Part shown: one piece after another, positions 1 to 8,368 of the stretch
How positions within the stretch are numbered: position 1 is the stretch's first letter
Layout of the letters: each line of letters begins with the position of its first letter
Source: Candidatus Velthaea sp.
Lineage (GTDB): Bacteria > Vulcanimicrobiota > Vulcanimicrobiia > Vulcanimicrobiales > Vulcanimicrobiaceae
Length of the DNA: 28,641 nt
Direction: 5' to 3'
NCBI GenBank assembly: GCA_050012475.1
Contig: JBEKHC010000066.1
Span: 1 to 28,641 of the forward strand
Position numbers and translations under genes: made by a program
Notes under the pieces: model-generated
What the model was told of the DNA's origin: nothing
Seen by the model: only the letters and a program-made list of their open reading frames with translations
Database searches by the model: none

Positions 1-271
1 TGATCGCGTGCGTCGGGCAGAATTGCACGCACAGTCCGCAAAACGAGCATTGGCCGGCGAAGAAGTTCCACGTGATCCCGGTCTCCTGCTCCTCGTTGAA
101 CGAGATCGCTTTGGGCGAGCAGACCGTCTCACAGGCCTTGCAGCCAGTGCACAAGCTGACATCTTGCTCGATCAACCCACGGAATGTCGAAGGCGTCGGC
201 GGCATGTCGTTCGGACGCCGCGTCCGTGTGCGGCGACCGAAATTCTCCCAGACAATGCGAAGAATGCCCAT
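1..271 (-). CDS. NuoI/HycF/CooX-like 2x[4Fe-4S] subunit of the membrane complex (3' end runs off the window)
   Basis: Not in the ORF track. Manual translation from ATG 271 (GGGAG upstream): MGILRIVWENFGRRTRTRRPNDMPPTPSTFRGLIEQDVSLCTGCKACETVCSPKAI...GQCSFCGLCVQFCPTHAI. It has an FRG motif and two CxxCxxCxxxC(P/S) motifs. Confidence 0.9.
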   Translation of the reverse strand, partial: MGILRIVWENFGRRTRTRRPNDMPPTPSTFRGLIEQDVSLCTGCKACETVCSPKAISFNEEQETGITWNFFAGQCSFCGLCVQFCPTHAI

Positions 272-282
272 GTGCTGCTCCC

Positions 283-1194
283 TCAGCCGATGACCGCGGC
301 AACCATTGCAGCGGCCGCGGCCAACCCGCCCCAGACCCAATAAAATCGAAATGCCCGCTTCACCGTAAGCCGCGCGGTCGTGGCGGCGGCCAGTGTAACG
401 AGCACGATCAAACCGAGGCTGACGAGAAAGTACAGTGCAGCGTTAGCAAGCACGCTGTCCAGGCGCGGCACGAACAGCACAAAAAATGCATTGAACAACA
501 ACACGACTTCAAGCGCATGCGACAATTCAAAGATAGCGAGCGGAGCACTGTTGTATTCGATGTGCGCGCCGGCCACGATTTCCTGTTCGGCATTGGGGAT
601 CGAGAACGGATTGCTCTTCAGACGGGCGGGGACGGCCACGAGAAAAGCGAGCGCGGCCAATGCGGTGACCACACTGAAGGGGGCGGATTGCAGGGAGCCG
701 ATGCGAAAACTGTGGGCATTCTGCGCCATGGCGATCACCGCAGCGAGCAACGGCAGGTTGTAGGCGAGGCCCAGGAGCGCCTCACGCATTGCGCTGACCT
801 GACCGTAGATCGATTGGCTCACATAACCGGCCAGCACGTCGCAAATCACCGGGACTTCGAGCAAATAGAGCAACAAGATGATGTCGCCGGGAAACGACGC
901 GACGGCGTGTCCGGGCACCGGAACGATGACCAACCCGAATACCGTGGCTGCAAGCGCGATGAACGGCAACGCGTAAAACAACGCCGAGTTTACGCCGCGG
1001 GAGACGACGGTTTCTTTGCCCAACAGCTTCACAAAATCGAAAAAGGGCTGGAAAAACGGCGGCCCCCTTCGACCTTGCAGCCGTGCGTTGAGCTTACGCG
1101 CGATCCACAGGTAGAAAAAACCCAGCGCTGCCGAGCCAAGAAGTCCGGGCCACAGGAACACGGCGACGGCATACTGCCAGATCTGCAGCGTCAT
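283..1194 (-). CDS. NuoH/HycD/EchB/CooK-like membrane subunit (303 aa)
   Basis: ARKLNARLQGRRGPPFFQPFFDFVKLLGKE and NPFSIPNAEQEIVAGAHIEY signatures, hydrophobic. Start reassigned to ATG 1194 (MTLQIW...), which overlaps the upstream TGA by 1 bp. Confidence 0.92.
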   Translation of the reverse strand: MTLQIWQYAVAVFLWPGLLGSAALGFFYLWIARKLNARLQGRRGPPFFQPFFDFVKLLGKETVVSRGVNSALFYALPFIALAATVFGLVIVPVPGHAVASFPGDIILLLYLLEVPVICDVLAGYVSQSIYGQVSAMREALLGLAYNLPLLAAVIAMAQNAHSFRIGSLQSAPFSVVTALAALAFLVAVPARLKSNPFSIPNAEQEIVAGAHIEYNSAPLAIFELSHALEVVLLFNAFFVLFVPRLDSVLANAALYFLVSLGLIVLVTLAAATTARLTVKRAFRFYWVWGGLAAAAAMVAAVIG

Positions 1195-1658
1195 CACTTC
1201 GCTCGCGATTTCTGGTCGGCCGTTTTTCCGTCGGCCAAGAGTTGTGCGGCTTGCGCGACGCCGGCAATGATCAACTGCGGTCGCGGCGGACAGCCGGACA
1301 CCCAGACGTCGACCGGGATGTAGGTGTCCAACGAACCGTCGACGGTCGGACTGCCGGCAAAAACATTGCCGCTCGCCGGGCAAGAGCCGATGGCGACGAC
1401 GGCCTTGGGGCTCGGCATTTGCGCGTAGATCTCAATAACCGCTTGACGCGCGCGCTTCGTCATGGCCCCCGTAACCACCAGAATATCGGCGTGTTTGGGG
1501 CTGCCTTGCCGCAGCATCCCAATCTGCTCACCGTCATAACGCGGGCTCACGCACGGACCGATTTCGATATCGCAGCCGTTACATGAGCCGCTGTTCACGG
1601 CGTAAATCCACGGGGATTTGCGGCGAGAAACGGCGAGCAGCTTGGCGAAGAGGTTCAT
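1194..1658 (-). CDS. NuoB/HycG/EchC/CooL-like Fe-S small subunit (154 aa)
   Basis: C-terminal part of ORF 1194..2750, start at ATG 1658 (MNLFAK). Motifs GSCNGCDIE, SPKHADILVVTG, QMPSPKAVVAIGSC, PVDVWVSGCPPRP. The CxxC form (not the tandem CC of NuoB) is typical of group-4 hydrogenase/Ehr small subunits. Confidence 0.93.
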   Translation of the reverse strand: MNLFAKLLAVSRRKSPWIYAVNSGSCNGCDIEIGPCVSPRYDGEQIGMLRQGSPKHADILVVTGAMTKRARQAVIEIYAQMPSPKAVVAIGSCPASGNVFAGSPTVDGSLDTYIPVDVWVSGCPPRPQLIIAGVAQAAQLLADGKTADQKSRAK

Positions 1659-1669
1659 AACGTGTGCCC

Positions 1670-2848
1670 CTACCGCGCCATCGCCAGCGGACTTGGTACG
1701 ATCGCCCGGGTTAGGACGCTCGGATAACACCCCAGCAGGATTGCCGCGACAGCGAAGAGCGTCAACACGCCTGGCGCGAGAAAGGAAATCCGGGCACCGG
1801 TAAGAGCAATCTGCGCCGGTCCGAGCCACGTGCGGTGAATAGCGCGCGCGTAACACAGCAGGTCGAGCGCCGCGGCCGCGAGCAGGATGGCGATCAGGGC
1901 CGGCCCTCCGAACTGCGAGGCGGCAACATAAATCCGCCAATACCCCCCAAAACCGAAGCCGGGCGGGATGCCGATGAAGCTCAGCGCGCCGACGATGAAC
2001 GCCGCGCTGGCCAGCGGCAACCGTGCGCCGAGCCCACTGGTGTTGAGGGTAACGGTGCGACCGATCCGCGCCTCGGCCAGACCGACGGCACCGAAGAGGA
2101 TGACCTTGGAAAGCGCGTGACTGAGCGCGCCGATCCAGGCGCCGGGCAGGCCCGATCCGCCCGCGATGAGCCCCAGGAGCAGAAATCCGAGATCCGCGAT
2201 GGTGGAGAACGCCAGCATCCGTTTGAGTTCGGTCTGGGCCAGGGCGAGCAGCGCACCGCCGAACATCGAGATCACCGCAACGGCCATCCAGACCGCAGTG
2301 TGTCCGGTGAAGACCCACGGCGAGAGCTGGCGAATCGTCGCAAGTTCGGCGAAGGTTGCAATATCCACCACCGACACGATCAGCGCGGTCGTCATCGGCG
2401 CGGCCGCCGCGGCCACGGCCGGCAGCCAAAAGTAAAACGGGATCAGCCCAAGCTTCAAGGCAAAGCCGACAATGACGAGGCAGACGACCAGACCTTCGAC
2501 CGCCGGTGCGGGTCGGTTTCCACCAACGGCCGCCATCGAAGCAAAGGCGATTAGCGTGCAAGCAATCGCGGGAAGGATCGAGTACAGGTACGCGCGCGCG
2601 GCCGCTGCGGCTTCCTCGGTCGCGTGCGACCAGACGAGCGCGACGCCGGCAAGTTCCGCCAGATCCAACGCTATCGTGCGGGCCAGTGAATCGCCGGCCA
2701 GTTCCCCCGTAATGACGAGCGCAACGATTGCCGTTGCAAGCCCCCACCACGCTCGGCCGCCCTGCGGAACCGAAACGGCAAACAGCCCGATCCCCAGCGC
2801 CAGTGCGGCCGAAAAGCCGACAGAAATGAGCTCCATCTGGGCGCTCAT
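1670..2848 (-). CDS. Antiporter-like (NuoN/NuoM/HyfF/MrpD family) membrane subunit, short form (392 aa)
   Basis: GFALKLGLIPFYFWLP, QTELKRMLAFSTIADLG, HALSKVILF, SFIGIPPGFGF. ATGA-type 4-bp overlap with the upstream gene. Confidence 0.88.
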   Translation of the reverse strand: MSAQMELISVGFSAALALGIGLFAVSVPQGGRAWWGLATAIVALVITGELAGDSLARTIALDLAELAGVALVWSHATEEAAAAARAYLYSILPAIACTLIAFASMAAVGGNRPAPAVEGLVVCLVIVGFALKLGLIPFYFWLPAVAAAAAPMTTALIVSVVDIATFAELATIRQLSPWVFTGHTAVWMAVAVISMFGGALLALAQTELKRMLAFSTIADLGFLLLGLIAGGSGLPGAWIGALSHALSKVILFGAVGLAEARIGRTVTLNTSGLGARLPLASAAFIVGALSFIGIPPGFGFGGYWRIYVAASQFGGPALIAILLAAAALDLLCYARAIHRTWLGPAQIALTGARISFLAPGVLTLFAVAAILLGCYPSVLTRAIVPSPLAMAR

Positions 2849-4701
2849 AGCAGCGACACCGCGACGAACAGCACAGCCGCGGTCACCAGGGCGGTGAGCG
2901 CCGGTTGTCGCTCGAGCCAGCTGGTCGCGAACCGCCCAACATTGACGGCGCCCTGCCGTATCTTACGCCAAATCGCAAAATAGAGCGGATCAGGGTCCAA
3001 GGCATAGACCGGCTCGAACGCGTCCTCCGCCATGTGAGCGAAATCCGCTGCCCCCAGCGTGTCATCGTCGGGCAGATTCTCCCCGCCGCTGAAAACCGCC
3101 ACCCGCTGTGCTGCCAGCGGCTTTCGCACGAGGCGATATGCACCGACGCCGAACAGGACCGCAAGCGCCAGTCCCGCTGCTGCGCCCAGGGTAACCCCGA
3201 TCGACCCGCTGTCGGTGAGGATCCCAAGCCACGTCACCTGGATCTGCTGGCCGAAACCGAGGGCGCGCACGGCCGGTTCGATGACCGGCCCGATCATGAG
3301 TTGTGGCGCAAAGCCGAACACGAGGCAAAGCCCGCCGGTGATCGCCATGCCGACCAGCATGGTGGGCGACGCCTCGTGAACCTCCTCGGCGCAAAGCTCG
3401 CGCGACGGAATGCCGTAGAACACGTTGACCGTCGCCTTCAAGAACGAAAAAGTCGTGATCAGGCTGACCGCCCAGGCGACGACGACGACCACCGCCTGAT
3501 TGGCGTCGAGCGCCGCATTGAACAGCAACCACTTGGCCACGAATCCGTTTGTCAACGGCACGCCGACGATCGAAGCGGCGGCGGCCAGCCAGACGTACGT
3601 CGTTACCGGCATGCGCGCGCTCAAGCCGCCGAGTTTCTGCATGTCGCGGGTCCCCGTCGCGTGCTGCACCGCGCCGGCGCACATGAACAGCGTCCCTTTG
3701 AACAACGCATGACTGGCCGCATAGAAGAGGCCCGCGGCGACACCCAGACTCGTGCCCAGCGCCAGACCCGTCACGACATAGCCGAGCTGACTAACGGTAT
3801 GAAAGGCGAGCAGCCGCTTCAGGTCGGTTTGGGCCATCGCGAAAACGACTCCGATGAGCATCGTCAGGCAGCCGATCACCAGCAGCACATGGCCGAGCGC
3901 GGCATGCCATGGCCCGATCGAGTACATGCGCGCAATCAGATACGCTCCGGCCTTGACATAGCAGGCCGAGTGCAGCAGCGCCGAAACTGGCGTCGGCGCA
4001 TTCATTGCCTCGGGGATCCACGAATGCAGCGGGTACATGACCGACTTGGCCATAGCCGCTACGATCATCAACAGGGCAATGGCACCGGAAAACGCCGCTG
4101 CGACGCCCGGATCCGTCCACATGAACGTCCCGGTTCGAACGAACAGCAGCATGATGGCGGCGAGCAGCCCATAACCGGCAAGGTGGGTGATGATCAACAC
4201 CTTGCGCGAGCCGTCCGCGGCGGCTTGCTGCTTGTACCAAAAGCCCACCAAGAAATAGGAGCACAAGCCGATGAGTTCCCACGCGAAGTAGGCCATCAGC
4301 AGATTCGAGGTACATACCAGCACCACAAAACCCGCGATGAACAACAGCATCAGCACGTAGAAACGCGTGGTGCCCTCGGTCTCCGCTTCCATGTATCCGA
4401 CGGAATAGAGCAGGATCAGCGAGCCCATCCCGGTGCCAAGCAGCATGAAAAGAATGCTGAGGCCGTCGACGTGATAGGTCAGCGGTACGCCGGCGTCCCA
4501 ATCGAACCAGGTCGCCGTCAGGACTTCCCCGCCGATGACCGCCGGCATCATTGCCAGGACGGCCACCAGCGCAAGCGAGGTCGTCAGAAACGCCAGCCAC
4601 CCCTTGACTGCCCGCGACAGCATCCCGCCGAGGACGATCTGCAGCAGGGCCCCAGTGAATAAGACGCCGGTCGGGACGAAAGCCGGGTTGATCGATGTCA
4701 T
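2845..4701 (-). CDS. Antiporter-like (NuoL/MrpA/HyfB/EchA family) membrane subunit (618 aa)
   Basis: WELIGLCSYFLVGFW, KSVMYPLHSWIPEAMNAPTPVSALLHSA, QTDLKRLLAF, HALFKGTLF, GVPLTNGFVAKW. Starts 3 bp after the moaD stop. Confidence 0.93.
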   Translation of the reverse strand: MTSINPAFVPTGVLFTGALLQIVLGGMLSRAVKGWLAFLTTSLALVAVLAMMPAVIGGEVLTATWFDWDAGVPLTYHVDGLSILFMLLGTGMGSLILLYSVGYMEAETEGTTRFYVLMLLFIAGFVVLVCTSNLLMAYFAWELIGLCSYFLVGFWYKQQAAADGSRKVLIITHLAGYGLLAAIMLLFVRTGTFMWTDPGVAAAFSGAIALLMIVAAMAKSVMYPLHSWIPEAMNAPTPVSALLHSACYVKAGAYLIARMYSIGPWHAALGHVLLVIGCLTMLIGVVFAMAQTDLKRLLAFHTVSQLGYVVTGLALGTSLGVAAGLFYAASHALFKGTLFMCAGAVQHATGTRDMQKLGGLSARMPVTTYVWLAAAASIVGVPLTNGFVAKWLLFNAALDANQAVVVVVAWAVSLITTFSFLKATVNVFYGIPSRELCAEEVHEASPTMLVGMAITGGLCLVFGFAPQLMIGPVIEPAVRALGFGQQIQVTWLGILTDSGSIGVTLGAAAGLALAVLFGVGAYRLVRKPLAAQRVAVFSGGENLPDDDTLGAADFAHMAEDAFEPVYALDPDPLYFAIWRKIRQGAVNVGRFATSWLERQPALTALVTAAVLFVAVSLL

Positions 4702-4704
4702 CTG

Positions 4705-4977
4705 CTATCCGCCGCCGACCGGCGGGAATATGACGACCGTGTCAGCCGGAGCCAGCGGCGTGTTGAAACGCTGGAGGTGGCGCACGTCGTGCCCGTTGAC
4801 GAGAACGATGACGAGGTCCCACAGATCGCCGTCCTTGATCACCCATCGTTCGAACGCGTGCCCGTACTGCGCCACCAGGTCGCGCAGCAAATCCCCGACG
4901 GTCGCCTCCCGCTGCTGCCAGTCCTCCTCTTTCTTGCCCGTGACATCCCGGAGGACTGCGAAGTATTGAACTTTCAT
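4705..4977 (-). CDS. moaD: MoaD/ThiS/SAMP-type ubiquitin-like sulfur carrier (90 aa)
   Basis: MKVQYFAVLRDVTGKKE...VLVNGHDVRHL...VIFPPVGGG with C-terminal GG. Start at ATG 4977 after GGAG/AAGGTGG; lies directly behind aor. Confidence 0.85.
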   Translation of the reverse strand: MKVQYFAVLRDVTGKKEEDWQQREATVGDLLRDLVAQYGHAFERWVIKDGDLWDLVIVLVNGHDVRHLQRFNTPLAPADTVVIFPPVGGG

Positions 4978-5011
4978 ATCCACCTTCGCTCCTCCGGCTG
5001 TCCCGGTCGTG

Positions 5012-6823
5012 TTATGCGGTGGTGAGTCCCAGCTCCCCGAGCTTTGCCTGGGTCGGCACCCCATTCTCATCCCAGCCGCGAAGCTCGTAATAGGCCGGCA
5101 GCATCTCGGGCAGCCGGCTGAGCATCCCCTTCGATGCGCCCGTTTTGATCGGCTCCTTCAACAGCCGAGGGGGGAGCGCATCATCCTTCGCGGTCAAGCC
5201 GGCACTGAGGTTCCACTGTCGTTCCAGGTTCCAGATGCGATCACCGCATTTCATAAACTCGGCAGTCGTGTACTCGACGCCCGTAAGCGTGCTGAGCATC
5301 TCGGCAAGCTCGTCTGCACCAATCCCAAACGTGGTGAACAGGCACGCCCCGGTGGAGTCGAGCGCAGCAGTCAGATTCTGAAACAGGATTACCAGCGCCG
5401 GCTTGCCCTCGATCGTGTCCTTATCGACCTTCATCGGCACGCCGAGCACCTCCGGCGAGATCGTGTAACCGCGAACATGTGCGGCGCCACCGTTCGCCGT
5501 GGCATAGTTCAATCCGATACCTTGGACTGCGCGCGCGTCGTAGGCCGGGATCTCCTGCTTCTTGACGCTCATCGACAGCTCCGGACGGCCGAGCGAGTCG
5601 GCAAGCCGGTACGATCCGACACCGAGTTTCTTGCCGAAGCCTTCACCCTTGCCGGTAAGCCGCGTGACCTCGACCATGGCCTCGGCGTTGCCCCACTCGA
5701 GAGCAATACCGCCGGTGTCCTCGCGGGTGATCAGCCCCTCCTCATACAGTTCCATTGCACAGGCGACCGTGGCGGCCATCGAGATGGCGTCCATGCCGTA
5801 TTCGTTACACAGGTAATTGGCTTTGGTGACCGCATCGAGATCGTCGACGAAACAGTCACCGCCAAAACCCCAAGCGGTTTCGTATTCGGGGCCCTCGCCT
5901 TCACCGGCGTATTTTTTGTTGCTTACCTTGGTGACGCGGCCGCACGAGATGATGCAAGAGAAGCAGCCCTTGGGCCGTTGCAGCAGCGTTGCGGCCAGGG
6001 TCTCGCCGCCGATCTTGTCGGCGGTGGGAAAATACCCATCCTGGAAATTCTTGGTCGGATAACCGCCGACCTGATTGAGAATGTTGGTCAGCACGTTGGT
6101 TCCGTAGAGACGCAGTCCCGTTCCGCCGACCGGGTGCTTCTGAATTTTGTCACGCGCTTTGATGACAGCGCTTTCAAAGGTCTTGGGATCGGCGCAACTC
6201 ACCGCGCCCGTTCCGACGACGGCGACTGCCTTCAGATTTTTCGAGCCCATGACTGCGCCCGGACCGCTCCGTCCGGCGGCGCGGTGCAGGTCGTTCATGA
6301 TGCACGCGAACAAGACGCGGTTTTCGCCAGCCGGACCGATGCAGGCGACCTTGGCATCGTCGTCGGTCTCCGCGCGGATGGCATCCGTCGTATCCGGAAC
6401 CGTCTTGCCCCACATAGCCGCGGCATCGCGAATTTCGACCGTCTCGTTGCGAATCCACAAATACACGGGCTTGGGCGCCGCGCCCTCGACGATCAACGCA
6501 TCGTAGCCGGCGAATTTCAGTTCAGGCCCCCACACGCCGCCCGAATTCGAGGCGGCGATGGCTCCTGTCAGCGCACCTTTCGTGACAACATTGTAGCGGC
6601 CGCCCGAGGGAGCGTAGGTGCCCGTCAGGGGGCCGGGCACGAAGATCAGCTTGTTTTCCGGAGACAGCGGATCGACTTTCGGATCGACCTCGTCGGTCAT
6701 GATCTTGGTGCCGAGACCGCGAGCGCCGATATAGTCTCTGGCGACGCTGGGATCGAGCGCTTCCGTCGAGACCTTGCTGGTCGACAAATTCACCCGAAGA
6801 ATTTTACCGATCCACCCATTCAT
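5012..6823 (-). CDS. aor: Tungsten-dependent aldehyde:ferredoxin oxidoreductase, catalytic subunit (603 aa)
   Basis: MNGWIGKILRVNLS, YIGARGLG, GPELKFAGYDA, RAAGRSGPGAVMGSKNLKAVAV, CFSCIISC, GPEYET, CNEYGMDAIS, DSTGAC, YYELRGWDENGVPT. Full-length open frame. Confidence 0.96.
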   Translation of the reverse strand: MNGWIGKILRVNLSTSKVSTEALDPSVARDYIGARGLGTKIMTDEVDPKVDPLSPENKLIFVPGPLTGTYAPSGGRYNVVTKGALTGAIAASNSGGVWGPELKFAGYDALIVEGAAPKPVYLWIRNETVEIRDAAAMWGKTVPDTTDAIRAETDDDAKVACIGPAGENRVLFACIMNDLHRAAGRSGPGAVMGSKNLKAVAVVGTGAVSCADPKTFESAVIKARDKIQKHPVGGTGLRLYGTNVLTNILNQVGGYPTKNFQDGYFPTADKIGGETLAATLLQRPKGCFSCIISCGRVTKVSNKKYAGEGEGPEYETAWGFGGDCFVDDLDAVTKANYLCNEYGMDAISMAATVACAMELYEEGLITREDTGGIALEWGNAEAMVEVTRLTGKGEGFGKKLGVGSYRLADSLGRPELSMSVKKQEIPAYDARAVQGIGLNYATANGGAAHVRGYTISPEVLGVPMKVDKDTIEGKPALVILFQNLTAALDSTGACLFTTFGIGADELAEMLSTLTGVEYTTAEFMKCGDRIWNLERQWNLSAGLTAKDDALPPRLLKEPIKTGASKGMLSRLPEMLPAYYELRGWDENGVPTQAKLGELGLTTA

Positions 6824-6827
6824 GGCC

Positions 6828-7301
6828 TTACTCCGAGAAAGCGTTCTTGAACTTCTCCGAAAATGCGCGTTTGCGCTTGCGCGTCGCGGTCAGGTCGTCG
6901 ACCCATTCGATTGCCTGAGTCGGGCAGAATTTCGCGCATGCGGGGTCACCGTCGCAATAGTCGCATTTGAACACCTTCTGCGTTTGTTCATCCCAGATCG
7001 CATTGCCGAACGGGCACGCCTGGACACACATTTTGCAGCCGATGCATTTGGCTTGGTCGAGGTCCACCCAGCCGGAAGCGGAGTCCCGGGTCAACGCGTG
7101 CGGCGTGCAAACCGGGATGCACGGGGCGTCCCGACAATGCTGACACATCATCGGGACGGAAAAGCCTTCGCGCTCCCAAGTATAGACGTGAACGCGGGTC
7201 GCATCGGGGCGGAAGACGCCCTCATGCGTCATCGAACATGCTAGTTCACAATTGTGGCACCCGGTACATTTGTCCGCACTGATCATCAGCATCTTGGCCA
7301 T
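6828..7301 (-). CDS. Four-cluster [4Fe-4S] electron-transfer subunit (AorA/CooF/DmsB-like, 157 aa)
   Basis: CTGCHNCELAC, CQHCRDAPCIPVC, CIGCKMCVQACP, KCDYCDGDPACAKFCP. AGGAG upstream; ends 4 bp before the aor start. Confidence 0.93.
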   Translation of the reverse strand: MAKMLMISADKCTGCHNCELACSMTHEGVFRPDATRVHVYTWEREGFSVPMMCQHCRDAPCIPVCTPHALTRDSASGWVDLDQAKCIGCKMCVQACPFGNAIWDEQTQKVFKCDYCDGDPACAKFCPTQAIEWVDDLTATRKRKRAFSEKFKNAFSE

Positions 7302-7416
7302 TCGGCTTCACCGCTCCTAAGATCGCGCTCGCCAAGCATCACTAGCCGCCGCGTCCAGTCCCGCGATACCGACCACGTGTCAACGTCCCTAGCGCGCAAC
7401 CCCCGCGCCGCTCCCA

Positions 7417-7437
7417 GTCAGCTGCATGTCAGCTGCA
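7417..7437. promoter_or_regulatory. Tandem 10-bp direct repeat GTCAGCTGCA with 11-bp period upstream of the aor operon; candidate operator
   Basis: Exact copies at 7417-7426 and 7428-7437. A minus-strand TTGACA lies at 7383-7378 but has no convincing -10 element. Confidence 0.45.
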
Positions 7438-7704
7438 GCTGCGCGGGCCAATGGTCGAGGATCACCGCGCTGATCATGAAACCTTGGCTACTCGGCTCAC
7501 GACCGGACATTCCAGCGTATTACCTCAATTCCTGGACGAAATCCGAGCTGATCCGTCACCGAAAACCGTGCCGATCGAACTGCCGTTGCGTGATTTCCGA
7601 ATTGCTAGACGGCGACTGAAGAGTTGGTCGGCAATGTCGGCACGAAGCGTCCTCGGCGTTGCTTCGGGATGTCGCGTCGGACCGGCGCCGGCGCCGGCGC
7701 CGAA

Positions 7705-8089
7705 TCGGCGACGCGGACGTCGCCGGCGGACGATGCGTCGTAGCCGCCGAGCGCCTCGATCGCTGCGTGCAGCGCCGGCTCGTGCATCGCCGAACACGGC
7801 GAGTTCGTAATGGTTCGGTCGCCACCCGCACGAAGTCGCAGCCCAGCGCGAGCCGGCGCGTAAATGCCCAAGCCGCGCTGCCGTCCGTCAGACATGATCA
7901 TGAGGCGACGACAGCGCGGGCGAACACCGGTTGTGCCGTCACACGATCGAGCGCATCGCCGAGCACGATCTGCTCGACACCGTTATTGCGGGCGGAGGCG
8001 CGGTCGAGTGCGGCATTCCAGCATCCTTACGCTTCTTCGAGCGGGATGTCGATGAGAAACGGTCCGTGGCTGAAGCGATGTTCGCTCAC
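7705..8089 (-). pseudogene. moeA: Relic of a MoeA + periplasmic-binding (PBP/LysR-substrate) domain fusion gene with a large internal deletion
   Basis: Read across stops and frameshifts from GTG 8089: VSEHRFSHGPFLIDIPLEEA*...EQIVLGDALDRVTAQPVFAR/LSSPHDH (MoeA N-terminus), joined directly to GLGIYAPAR/ALGCDFVRVATEP/YELAV/LHAAIEALGGYDASSAGDVR (PBP-domain C-terminus). Confidence 0.8.
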
Positions 8090-8290
8090 GAAACGATCAC
8101 GCGAACGGTCGCGACCCGCCGCGAGGCCGCTTCGATCGAGCGGCACGACGACGGGGCGCCAAGCGACTACAAGCGCGCTGGCCTGGCTGGCTGCAAACCG
8201 ATAACCGGCTTCCGACCGGCGAAAGCCACGAGGGTCGTCCCCGGCTTGATCGCAATGCCATGGACCAAGGATACCGGCCCGGCCGATTGT
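8086..8290 (-). pseudogene. moeA: Relic of a gephyrin-like MoeA (molybdopterin metal insertase)
   Basis: IGRAGIL/VHGIAIKPGTTLVAFAGRKPVIGLQPARP/ASALVVAWR matches HGIAIKPGKP...PVIGLPGNPASAL. It is followed by VVVPLDRSGLAAG/TVRVIVS*, whose TGA overlaps the GTG of the next relic. Confidence 0.78.
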
Positions 8291-8368
8291 GGTTCGCGAC
8301 GGTCTTCTTCCCGTTCGCGCGGCCGCATTTGCGTTCGGTTTCCAGGGCGGCACCACGGCATACGACGC

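Noticed and set aside
1659..2750. Apparent 518-aa fusion ORF 1194..2750
   Set aside because: The N-terminal ~364 aa are an Arg-rich alternative frame of the antiporter gene; the real protein starts at ATG 1658.
1..4701. Calling the membrane genes a canonical nuo (complex I) operon
   Set aside because: Gene order is not nuoA-N, no NuoA/J/K/E/F/G genes lie among them, and the small subunit has CxxC rather than CC.
184..6850. Long plus-strand ORFs (184..1323, 2905..4662, 5009..6850)
   Set aside because: Antisense shadows of well-supported minus-strand genes in high-GC DNA; no recognisable motifs.
7505..7570. FLDEIRADPSPKTVPI on the plus strand resembles a receiver-domain segment
   Set aside because: About 16 residues only, with no flanking receiver motifs.
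7682..7702. (CCGGCG)x3 microrepeat
   Set aside because: Low-complexity GC run at the end of a pseudogene; no functional evidence.
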